Positions 24,513 through 35,778 of a stretch of 64,000 nt of DNA are shown piece by piece (positions within the stretch are counted from its first letter, which is position 1; each line of letters starts with the position of its first letter). A model generated the notes under the pieces. That model was not told the origin of the DNA, searched no databases, and saw nothing but the letters and a program-made list of their open reading frames with translations. The DNA comes from Azolla caroliniana (Eukaryota; Plantae; Polypodiophyta). The stretch covers positions 13,950,001 to 14,014,000 of the forward strand of contig JBHGNT010000003.1 in the NCBI GenBank assembly GCA_043228905.1, given 5' to 3'. A program made the translations under genes and the position numbers.

Positions 24513-27500
24513 ATGAATACTCAAATGGGGAGTGCTCTCCCTACCGAGAAGTTGGATCGAAACAACTTCGCATCTTGGGAGTACAAGATGCACCAATACC
24601 TTGTCGGACAAGGTTATTGGAGCTACATCAAAGGAGCGCATGAAGACCGACCCGCCGAAGCGGCTCCCGAATACGCAACATGGGAGCAAGCCGCAAGCCG
24701 CGTGATGTATTGTTTGGCGACATGTGTTCACGACCACATGCTCGGTTACATTCAAGAAGCTAAGACGCCGAAGGAAGCGTGGGAAAATCTACGAAACATT
24801 TTCGCCGCCAACACGACCGCAAGGAAGCTTCAACTCCGCCAAGAGTTGAACAACATTCAACAAAGGGACATGTCCATCACGACATACACCTTGAAGATCA
24901 AGGAGCTTTGCGACTCGCTCGGCTCAATAAGCGTAAGTATAGATGATGATGAGATGGTGCAAATATGCCTCAACGGCCTCGCACCACGGTTCGGCGTGAT
25001 GCGAACCACCGTTCTAGCACGTGAGAAATCTCCCTCCTTCTTCGAGCTCCAATCAATGCTATTGGTCGAAGAAAACCACGTGCGTACAAGGAGCAATGAG
25101 TCGGAAGGCCACATGCTCTACACGCACTCTAATGGAGGAAGAGGACGCGGACGAGTGAGAGGCCGATTCGGCCAAGGACAAGGCGGACGAGGTCCGACCT
25201 ACGACAACAACTCCCAATTTCGGCCGCAAAACGAAGGCCAACGAGGAACCTTCGCAAGAAGGGGGAGCTTCCACTCCGGCCCGAGCCGTCAAAATGCAAC
25301 CGAATGTGGATATTGCGGAAAGCTCGGCCACCACGAAGAAGAGTGCCGAAAGAAGATGCGTGAATCGGCTTCCACAAGCCGACAACTCACGAATTACGCA
25401 CACAACTCCGACTACGAAGATCGTGGCGGAATGTATGCACACAACTCCGACCGTGGCAAAATGTACGGGCACAACTCCGACTACGAAGATCGTGGCGGAA
25501 TGTATGCGCACAACTCCGACCGTGGCGGAATGTTCATGATGAAACATAGAGCAAACTCTATGCCGGCCGCTACCTCAACTAGTGCCTCTAGTCCGGAAGA
25601 CATATGGTTCGTCGATTCCGGTGCCTCAAACCATATGACATCGCATCAAGAATGGTTCCGAGAACTTCGAGAGCTGGACCGACCCGGCTATGTCGAAACC
25701 GAAGACGACACTATGCACCCGATTCGGCACATTGGCAATGTTCCGTTCGGAAAAGAAGGTAAGCAAAATTACATTAAAAATGTCTTGCATGTACCGACCA
25801 TTACGAAGAATTTGGTCTCCGTCGGCCAAATTGTAGAGCAAGGGATGCAAGTTCGATTTAATCAAGGCGGTTGCTTCATCGAAAAAGAGGGCCGACTCAT
25901 CGCACGCGGACGAAGAGAGGGCCGGATGTTCATTCTCGATTCATGCGAGATTAAATCTGCCATGTTCATGAAAAACAAGAAAGCCGACTCCGACATAGAG
26001 CTATGGCACAAGCAAATCGGCCACATCAATCTCCACAAACTCAAAGCAATGAAATCGAAAGGAGTCGTCATCGGACTCCCGACATTCAAAGAGAAGGAGA
26101 TTGAAGGTGTATGCGAAGCCTACCAATTCGGCAAGCAACACCGACACCCATTCCTGAAAGAGCGAAATGTGAGCAAAGGTCTACTCGACGTATTCCATTC
26201 CGACGTATGGGGACCGGCGGAAACGGCTACATTTGGCGGATGCCGATATTACGTGCTCTTCATCGACAACTTCTCTAGGCACACTTGGACCTACCCGATG
26301 TGGCAAAAGTGCGAAGTGTTCGGACACTTCCAAAATTTCAAGAATGAAGTCGAGAAACCCACGGGCCAACATGTACGATGCCTTCAATTGGATGGCGGCA
26401 AGGAGTACTTCTCGGACGATTTCACGGCGTATCTCCGAAAGGAAGGAATTCGATGAGAATTCACTTGCCGACATACTCTACAACAAAATAGAGTAGCCGA
26501 GCGCAAAAATCGGCACATCCTCGAAGTAGCGCGGGCCATGATGAACGAGAAGCAAATGCCCAAGTCATATTGGGCCGAAGCTACAAATACAGTCGTCTAC
26601 CTAATGAACCGCTGCACATCCGGCGTCCACGAGGTCACTCCGCACGAAAAATACTTCGGAAAGAAGTCGGACTTATCGCACATCCGGATATTCGGCGTGA
26701 TAGCGTACGTGCACATCCCCAACAAGAAGCGTCAAAAGCGTGACCCGAAGTCGGAGAAATGTATCCTCGTAAGATACTCATTGGAGCAAAAGGGGTACAA
26801 GTGCTACAACCCCTCAACTCGAAAATCTCGAGTAAGTCGAGACGTCGTTTTTAACAAGTCTGCATCCTGGTACGCACCAGAGACAACTCCAACTCTGACT
26901 CCGCTTGACCCGGAATTCGCCGAACAAGAGATCGAGGATGAAGATCGCCTTATTGAGCGGACCACAAGAGCCTTTGAGCGATCAAAGCACATCACGGCCT
27001 AGCCCGAAGATGGACAAAGGCAAGGCGAAAATGTCGGAATATGAAGACGATCGCTTCAACGACGATGAGTCGACTCACTCACTCAACAGTGAGTTCGACG
27101 GTTTCGAGGTACCAATCGGAGCCAAGAAAGCCCTCATCTCTGCAAATGAAAAGCTCCACCGATCCACTCGTGAAAAGAACCCCGTAAGCCGATTCAGCTA
27201 CAATGATTATATAGCGTACCATTACGCCTTTATGATGAAGGTAGCGACAGTACGGGAGCCGGAAACCTTTTCAGAAGCCGCGAAGGACCCGCAATGGATC
27301 GAAGCAATGAACGAGGAGATGCAGGCACTACGGAAGAACGAGACGTGCGATCTCATTCCCACCTCACCACAAAAAAAGGCAATTGGATGCAAATGGATCT
27401 ACAAGGTGAAGTATAACATTGATGGCTCCGTAAACCGCTACAAAGCTCGACTCGTAGCAAAAGGATACGCTTAGACCCATGGCGTCGACTACGAAGAGAC

Positions 27501-28794
27501 CTTTGCCCCGGTGGCAAAGATGACAACGGTGCGGACCGTAATTGCGATTGCCGCAGCGAAAGGGTGGCACCTCTATCAAATGGACGTCAAGAACGCCTTT
27601 CTACAAGGCGAATTAGAAGAGGAGGTGTACATGATCCAACCACCCGACTTCAACTCGAGCACCCATTCGAAAGTTGTTTGCCGACTCAAGAAGCCACTCT
27701 ACGGCCTCAAGCAAGCACCACGTGCTTGGCATTCGAAGATAACGCAATATCTTCATCAAATCGGCTTCCGTATGTCAAAATCGGACAACTCCCTCTACAT
27801 ACGAAGTGATTCCGCAAGTCCGATCGTCATCATTTTATATGTGGATGACCTAGTAATTGGCGGTGAGCATCTCGTCGACATCAATAAGGTCAAATCCCTC
27901 CTTTCCGACAAGTTCGGGATGACGGACATGAAGGAGCTCCACTACTTCCTTGGCATCGAGGTAATTCGAACTCCGGCTGGAATCATGATCTCTCAACGGT
28001 ACTACATCCTCAACTTGTTATACAAGTTCAGTATGGCTGAGTGCAAATCCGCGGCAACCCCGCTCGATCGCAATCTCAAACTGGATGCATGCAAACTCCG
28101 GCACCAAAGCGTGTGAGCCGACTCAGTATCGGCAACTCATTGGCAGTCTCATCTACCTCACGATCACTCGACCCGATCTCAATTATCCGGTCAGTCTCCT
28201 TAGCCAATTCATGCAAACACCACGTGATACTCACTTGGATTGCGTTAAGCGAGTTCTACGATACGTGAGCGGCACAATGGATTGCGGCATCCTCTACAAG
28301 ACCGCGATGCCAATACGACTCGAGGGGTACACAGATGCCAATTGGGCCGGCTACAAAGCCAGGTACACAGAGCAATATCCTGGAGTAGCAAGAAGCAGCC
28401 TACCGTCGCTCTTTCGAGTACGGAGGCGGAATATAAGGGCGCAGCCGTAGTTGCATGTGAAGCCGTATGGCTTAAGAGGATTTTGAAGGATTTGGGCATT
28501 CCCATCAAGGATCCGACTCCCCTTTACTGCGACAACATGAGCAGTATTTATCTAGCTCGGAACCCGGTGTTCCACACGCGGACAAAGCACATCGAAGTGC
28601 ACTATCACTTCATCCGAGAGTGCGTTCTAGCTAGCGATGTCGACCTACAACACATTAGCACCAATCTTCAAACGGCTGACATCTTCACTAAAGCCTTAGG
28701 AGCCAACAAGCTATGGCAATTCATGACCGATCTCGGATTGACGATCCCTGACCTGCCAAGCTTGAGGGGGAGTACTGAAGATATTACGCAATAA
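24513..28794 (+). pseudogene. Copia C2 gag-pol, fragmented
   Basis: ORFs 24513-26456 (gag, CGYCGKLGHHEEEC, WFVDSGA, INT), 26538-27002, 26905-27474, 27511-28116 (YVDD), 28282-28794 (RNase H). Confidence 0.95.
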
Positions 28795-29297
28795 CGAGTG
28801 GATTACGCAACCACGCAACAAAGCCGCAAAGAATGACGCAAGCCGAAGCACAGACTTCGTAACTACGCACAACGCAAGCTGGAGCACGGATTCCGCAACT
28901 CCGCATAAAGCGAGTTGACGTGGACTCCGGAACGTGAGTTGAAGAGGATTTCGGATACCGTCTGAAACCGACCTGACTTGAGCTTGAGGGGGCGTGTTGA
29001 GAATCAAGCTCAACTTGGTCTAGTGTGTGAACTCACCTTGAGAGTGAAGAGACACTCCAACGGTCAAGAGTCACCATTATGTCACCACTTTGTATTCTAG
29101 CATTTAGTATGAGTCATAGAATCATATTCTATGACACATAACTTATGAGCTTTCACATTCCCCATGCTCCATGAGTCTTGTAGTTAATGAAGAGAGAGGG
29201 TGACTACATAAAGCACCCTCCTCCCACCTTGTATAATGTTGAGTCTTTCTCCTTTGTCAATATACTTTTACCTTGCGTATTCTCTGTGTTTCACACA

Positions 29298-29337
<40 letters not shown>

Positions 29338-29400
29338 CACAAACATAACTCACATCTCTTCCGCTTCACAAGAATCCATCTCTTGATTCTTTACATGGTT

Positions 29401-32400
29401 CGACTTCAATACATTCGCATGCCTTGCTCGACTCCAGAGCATCTACTTGCTTTATCGATAAATCGTTTGTATGCGCACATAATATCCCCACCGTCCGCAC
29501 ATCACAACCCATATCCGTTGAAGCGATCCACGGTCGGATTCTCTCATCGGAGGCGGTTACCGAAGCCACTATCCCATTGGTACTTCAAATCGGGGCACAC
29601 CAGGAGGAACTGACGTTCTACCTCATCGCGACCCCCTGACATCCGATTGTGTTGGGGCTATCTTGGTTGCAGACACACAATCCGACGGTGGATTGGTGTA
29701 GCTGCTCCATCTATTTTCCAACAACGCCAATTCCTGCTCGGTCACGACATTCTCTTGATTCTGTTACGGTCGAGTCCGGTTTGGTCACTACACTGGCCGT
29801 TGTGTCGGGGAACGTCACCGTTCCTGTCACCAATTTACCCATCGGATATAGCGACTTTTCCAACATCTTCGAAAAGCGGAATGCCGATCGATTACCGGCT
29901 CATCGCCCCTACGATGGCCCAATTTAACTCCAAGCTGGCAAGCATCCCCCATTCAGTCCTATCTATGGGTTATCCGAACCCGAACTTGAGGCTCTCCGCA
30001 CATATTTGGCTGAGAATCTTGCGAAGGGCTTCATTCAACCCTCCAAATCACCGGCCGAGGCACCAATCTTATTTGTCAAAAAGGACGGCTCCTTACGCTT
30101 ATGTGTCGATTATCGGGGTCTCAACAAAGTTACGGTACATAATCGTTACCCCCTGCCCTTAATTCCAGCACTCCTCGATCGACTCCAAACGCGGCATATC
30201 TTCTCGAAAATCGACCTTCGGGGCGCCTACAATTTGGTGCGCATCAAGCCTGGGGACGAGTGGAAAACAGCTTTTCGGGCATGCTATGGACATTTCGAGT
30301 ACAAAGTGATGCCTTTCGGCCTTACCAACGCTCCGGCCATCTTCCAACACATGATGAACAATATTTTTCGAGAGTATCTCGATCATTTCGTGGTCATCTT
30401 CCTTGACGACATCCTATTTTTTTCTTCCAACTGGTAGGAGCACACACACCACGTCCAGCTGGTTCTCACCAAACTCCGAGAATATGGGCTCTTCGCCAAA
30501 AATGAGAAATGTGAATTCGATCGGACCTCTGTGGAATTCCTGAGTTACATGATCTCACCTACCGGGATCACAATGGATAAACGCAAGGTCGCCGCAATCA
30601 CTGATTGGCCTCTCCCGACTTGGCTAAAAGAGGTACAATCGTTTCTTGGTTTTGCAAACTTTTATAGAAGATTTATAGACGGGTTCTCATCCCTAGTCCA
30701 ACCTCTCATCCAACTTACCTGAAAAGATACTCCATTTCTTTGGACCCCCACAGCACATAATGCTTTTAATGCCCTCAAAGCAGCTTTTCTCTCCGCCCCC
30801 CTGTTAGTCCACCCAGACCCCACCCGCCCTTTCCGGGTTGAAACAGACGCCTCCGACTTTGCCATAGGTGTGGTCTTGTCCCAACCTGATGACGATGGCA
30901 CCCTACATCCGGTCTCCTTCTACTCTCAAAAGTTTACAAGCCCGAAAATCAATTATCCGGTCTACAACAAAGAGCTCGCAGCTCTCATCTCGGCCTTCGT
31001 TGAATGGCGACCCTATCTGGTTGGGGTGCAACATCGTATTCAGGTGGTGACCGACCACAAGAATGTCATCTACTTCACCACCACTCATACATTGAATCGG
31101 AGGCAGGCTCGTTGGTCATCTTTTCTTGCCGACTACGACTTCGAAATCTTGTTCCGACCCGGCATTCAACATGGAAAAGTGGATGCTCTCTCTCGGCAGC
31201 CCTATTTTGCATTGCGCCCAGGCAACGACGCTTATTCTCAGCAATCACATTGTTTATTGCGGCCCGATCAACTCCACATGTTCGCAACCTATCTATTGCA
31301 CGATGATTCCTTGCTCAACGAGATTGCCCAAGCAACCACGTCGGACCCTTTCGCTACTGACATCATGGCGCGCCTCAACAACCCATCCCAGGAACGGCAA
31401 AGCTCGGATCTCAATCACTTTACAACTCACGATGGGCTACTCTATCGTAATCACGATGGCCCATATCGCCTCCGAGTTCTACAATATTGCCATGATGATC
31501 CTCTTGTCGGCCACTTTGGGGTCACCAAAACGCTGGCATTGCTTTCTTGGGGGTTTTGGTGGCCTCAACCTTGGAAATTGGTCAAAGAATTTATCAAAAC
31601 TTATGACGTCTGTGCTCACTCCAAAGCGGCTCACCATCGTCCATATGGCCTTCTACACCCACTTCCAATCCCCAGTCGACCTTAAGCATCTCTCTCCATG
31701 GACTTTATCATCGACCTTCCTCGAGTCGGTGACCATGACACGTGAAAAAGATGGCTCACTTCTTCCCATGTTCGAAAACCATTTCGGGGGAGGAGACAGC
31801 TGCCCTTTTTCTGAAAAATGTTGTCCATTTACATGGTTTGCCTGAGGATGTCACTTCTGATCGAGGTCCTCAATTTATCTCCCACTTTTGGCGCCGACTG
31901 CTACAAACATTCGGGACTTCTGTGAACTTGTCAACCGCACACCACCCTCAAACTGATGGCCAAACCGAAAGAGTCAACCAAATCCTCGAACAATACCTCC
32001 ATTGTCCAATTAGCTACCAACAAGACGATTGGGTGGACCTCCTTGCCATGGCGGAATTTTCCAACAATAACAGTATCCATGCCTCAACTAAAGTTTCCCC
32101 ATTCTTTGCAAATTACGGTTTCCACCCTCGTTTCAGCATTTCCATTCCGGAGATATCCATCAATCCGTCGGCCGAGAAGCGTGCCCACACCTTACAAGAT
32201 GTCCACCGTGACCTCTCCCTCGAGCTCCGTGCCGCTGGCAAACAGTATAAAGCTCACGCTGACCGACATCGCTTAGTCGCGCCGACCTTCGCAGTCGGTG
32301 TCATGGTTTGGTTGCTACGTCGGCATATCGCAACCACCCGTCCCTGCGTGAAGCTCAACTACAAAAAGCTAGGCCCCTTTCGTATCCTCGAGCGCGTTAA

Positions 32401-32515
32401 CCCAGTCGCCTTCTGGTTAGCGCTTCCCCCCACATTTCAGCTCCACAATGTTTTCCACGTCTCTCTCCTCGAAATCTATCATCCTTCGCGCTTTTCACCA
32501 ACGATACCCCCATAA
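29401..32515 (+). pseudogene. pol: pol of element A (PR-RT-RH-INT)
   Basis: LLDSRASTCFID; [20 protein letters not shown]; TDASD/TDHKN; rve TSDRGPQF..QTDGQTER; FHVSLL. Confidence 0.95.
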
Positions 32516-32942
32516 ACCGGTCGCGGGTGTTAGGAGGCGACCTTAGAGGGAGGATAATGTCATAGACATATGCCACAAAGGGTAGGGATTGAACCCAAGA
32601 CCTCATGGTCTCTATTGAGCAAACCCTACCACTTGAGCTACATGTGCATCCTTATATTTAAGGATTCATAAATAACTTCATATAGTGTAGATTGAACATT
32701 GGAAGTTCCTAGCTTACATGCATCCTCATGCATTCTCTATTGCGTGCATCCTCATGCACTCTATTTCTAGCTAGATTACATACCCCTACCCTCTTGTATA
32801 AATACTCATGTGCACCTTGATTCTAATCAAGGTGAACAACACAAGTTACAGATTCTATAAGTTGAGTTCTTGTTCTTTTCCTCTCTCTTGTTCTCCAATC
32901 TTATCTTCATTCTACTCTATTATACTTGTCTGTGACACCTCT

Positions 32943-33460
32943 AGAGAGAGAATTTCTCCTGATCAAGAGTCAACAACATTGATTTGGTTGCCAGCTACAA
33001 AACAGTTCGAGTCGGATCATCCTAAGTTCCGCTTGAATCGCCTACCACTCTCCTTCCACTTGAGTGACCAATAGTCGGAAACGTTGTGACCAGTTTTTCT
33101 GCAATGAGTGCAGAAGTCACTTGATCGACTATTCCTCGACTTCGACCGTTGTCGGTACCCCCATTTTCTTGGTTGTCTAGAGTTTTGACCGTTCTTCCAA
33201 CTTATTCTCTCGATTGGCTCGATCGCTCGATTGATTCTATCGAGTGGTGGGCTTTTGCCAACTCGTCGATGGTGAGTCCCATCCATTTTCGCCCAATGTC
33301 CTCAGTGAGGACTTGCCTGATCATCTCATCTAGATTTAGATTTGGGCAACTAGGAAAGGAGGGCAAGGGTTTTCACTTTGTCTTCGAAGTTAATCCCTAG
33401 GCTTGGGAGAAGAGTTCGGATAACACCCGGTTGAATGTGTTGATGTGAGGGGTTGTTGGA
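32943..33460 (-). pseudogene. Host Copia H, gag fragment
   Basis: GINFEDKVKTLALLS and knuckle CTHCRKTGHNVSD; contiguous with the 21177 flank across TSD CCTCT. Confidence 0.75.
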
Positions 33461-35164
33461 AGGAGTCGGTCTTTTATGCCAACAGTGAGGTATCGGTGTC
33501 GGTTTCGACAACCCCCGGCCGATCCAGCTTCTCAAGATATGAAAACCACTCTTCATGGCTTGTCATGTGATTTGATGCTCTGGAATCAACATACCACACC
33601 TCGTTTGGTTTCAAGGTGCTCATCTTCATCGAGTTGGCTTTGTGCTTCATTACGAAGGCAAAATCCATTCTATCTTGCGTCGTGCCTTCAGTGAAGTGCG
33701 ATCACTACCGACTTCCATGTGCTTTGCCTGACTCGGCCTTCTTCTTCTAGCACTCGCTTCCCTTGTGACCTTCTGGCCACAGTACTAGTTGTCGATAGCT
33801 TTGTTTTGCCCACCTCTGGCACCACCCTGACTTCCCCTACTTGTGGAGGGTCCACTACTGTCAACACTTCCTTTGTGCCTCTGCTTCTGCTTTTTGTCAC
33901 CCCCCCCCCCATTGCGTGCCAATCCACAGCGTTCTCCAAGACCAAGGGACGTATCTATCTTCGTGTACAGCATCTAGTTGTCTGACCGTGTGCTCCTTGA
34001 CGCACTTGTTCGGTTTTCTTCGACCATATGCATTGATTGCAGGTCAAAGAATGACGATGTTTTTTCCCTCTTGCAAATAGCCGTTCGAATTGGCCTATAC
34101 CTCGTAGATAGACCACCAAGGCATATTTGTACCATTTCTTCCTCGTCCACCAACACATTGATGGACCCTAAGACATCGAAAATCTCCTTGATCTTCGTGG
34201 TGTAGTCGGTCACGGACATATCCTTCTGTCGGATATTGTTGAGCTCTTGGCGAAGCTACAACTTCTGAGTCATGGTACTTGCGGCGAAAATCTTCTTTAG
34301 ATTTCCCCATGCCGCCTTCGGTGTCTTTGCATTCCGAAGTCCAACATCTAATCATGCACACAACATGCAAGGCAGTACAAGACTCTACTTGCGCCTTGCT
34401 CCCAAGCCGGAAAATCCCTGTGTCCCGACTCCGGTGCTACTTCATTTTCTCCTTGGATGTAACTCCAGTAGTCATGCCCGAGCAGGTACTGGTGCATCTT
34501 GTATTCCCAAGATGCGTAGTTGCTTCTCTCCAACTTCATTGTCAAAAGAGCACCACCCATGCCTCTGTCCATGTTTGTGTTCTTCCTTTTTTGAGATAAC
34601 TACTCATGTCAACTCGTCTCAGTAAGCTACGTCGACTGGGGAGGATCTTCTCAACCCTCACACTCTTATACCATTTTAAAAAATGAGATGCGGAAGCTTG
34701 TGACTGATAGTCGGTTAGTTATCTGGAGGATGGACAATTCGTTAACAAAGAACACTGAGTACAAGAGAGACAGTGAGGCTGAGAGAGAGCAGACAACAAA
34801 AAAATATATTACAAAAAATGCTCAATTCCTTACATAGTGCTTATGTGCACCTTATATATACAAGCCCATCTGTCAAGGCCGTTAAGAAGTACTGACATGT
34901 CCTTCAATGCTCTTAAAAGAGCATCTGACACTAATTATCTACATTGGACCTATTTAATAACATAGGTCTACTCGGCAGGTGTGACGTTCCGGATGGCTTC
35001 CGTAACCGCTCTATCATCTGGTCTAGATCTGTTATTCGGCTTCTTCACCCAATCTAGAGCTTACGCTTATCAACCTAAGTGGGCCTAGACAACTGGATCA
35101 AATCTGGTCTGGCCTACCCTCTTGTCTAACTGGTCAAGCCCATGTTGAGCTTGCTCACTCAACA
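33461..35164 (-). mobile_element. Truncated Copia C4 (C1-related): 5' LTR, PBS, gag, PR
   Basis: LTR ~34674-35164; degenerate iMet PBS 34663-34673; MDRGMGG..YASWEYKMHQYLLG; WYVDSRASNHMT. Confidence 0.85.
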
Positions 35165-35690
35165 CCATTGAACATGTCCAAGAAGCTGTAGATTTCGTGG
35201 CCTGCCACTACGTCCAAAACGCCACCAGTGAATGGCATAGGAAAACCATTTGTCATAGTGGCAGCGTTGACTTTCCGGTAATCGACGTAGACCCAAATTT
35301 TGTCATTCTTCTTCGGCACTACAACAATTGAACTGAGCCATGTGGCTTGCTTTACTGGCGGAATAAAACCGACTCGCAACACCTTGTTGATTTCTTCCGT
35401 CACCTTGACTGCGTAGTTGAGGATAATTCGGTATAGGTGGTCACCTACTGAACCTCCGTCGTGATTGTATTGACAGACGGGGCCTTCCCTCAATCATTTT
35501 CTGGGCATCGAGTTGCGTAATACCCTAGTTTGTGACAGTTGTAGCATATGATGGGTATCGCATGACTCGATTCTTGTTTGGGGTGGCGGGGGTTTCTAGG
35601 TAGGTTCATCCTGTGGCCAAGGATTATAATTTTGTGTCGAGCGGGGACGTCACTCGTCTCTTTGATTCCCATTTGTCTGAAACCAGTGAT
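35165..35690 (-). pseudogene. Gypsy fragment: Zn knuckle fused to the RT N-terminus
   Basis: CYNCHKLGYYATRC; WLSSIVVVPKKN..VDYRKVN..YSFLD. Confidence 0.8.
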
Positions 35691-35778
35691 TGCCTGTCAT
35701 GATATAGCGTGGTATGGCTTCAAAAGGATTTGAACCCATGACCTTATGTCACATAGGTTGAGGTCCTACCATTAAGCT

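Larger units (their letters stand above)
22739..29395 (+). mobile_element. Ty1/Copia element C2 with an aberrant duplicated 5' end
   Basis: TSD TGGTT; LTRs 23246-24353 (split by S2) and 28995-29395; iMet PBS 24354-24365; the extra 22739-23245 is 39 bp of LTR start plus a copy of ~28534-28994. Confidence 0.93.
21178..32937 (+). mobile_element. Tcn1-like (Tf1/sushi-type) self-priming chromovirus A, degenerate, chromodomain deleted, containing Copia C2
   Basis: LTRs 21178-21575 and 32558-32937; TSD CCTCT; PPT CCTTAGAGGGAGGATAA 32541-32557; gag 21637-22630; PR-RT-RH-INT 29401-32515; no tRNA PBS. Confidence 0.93.

Noticed and set aside
29396-29400. TGGTT after the C2 3' LTR resembling a PBS of a tandem element
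   Set aside because: It is the TSD (matches 22734-22738), and the chromovirus protease resumes directly after it
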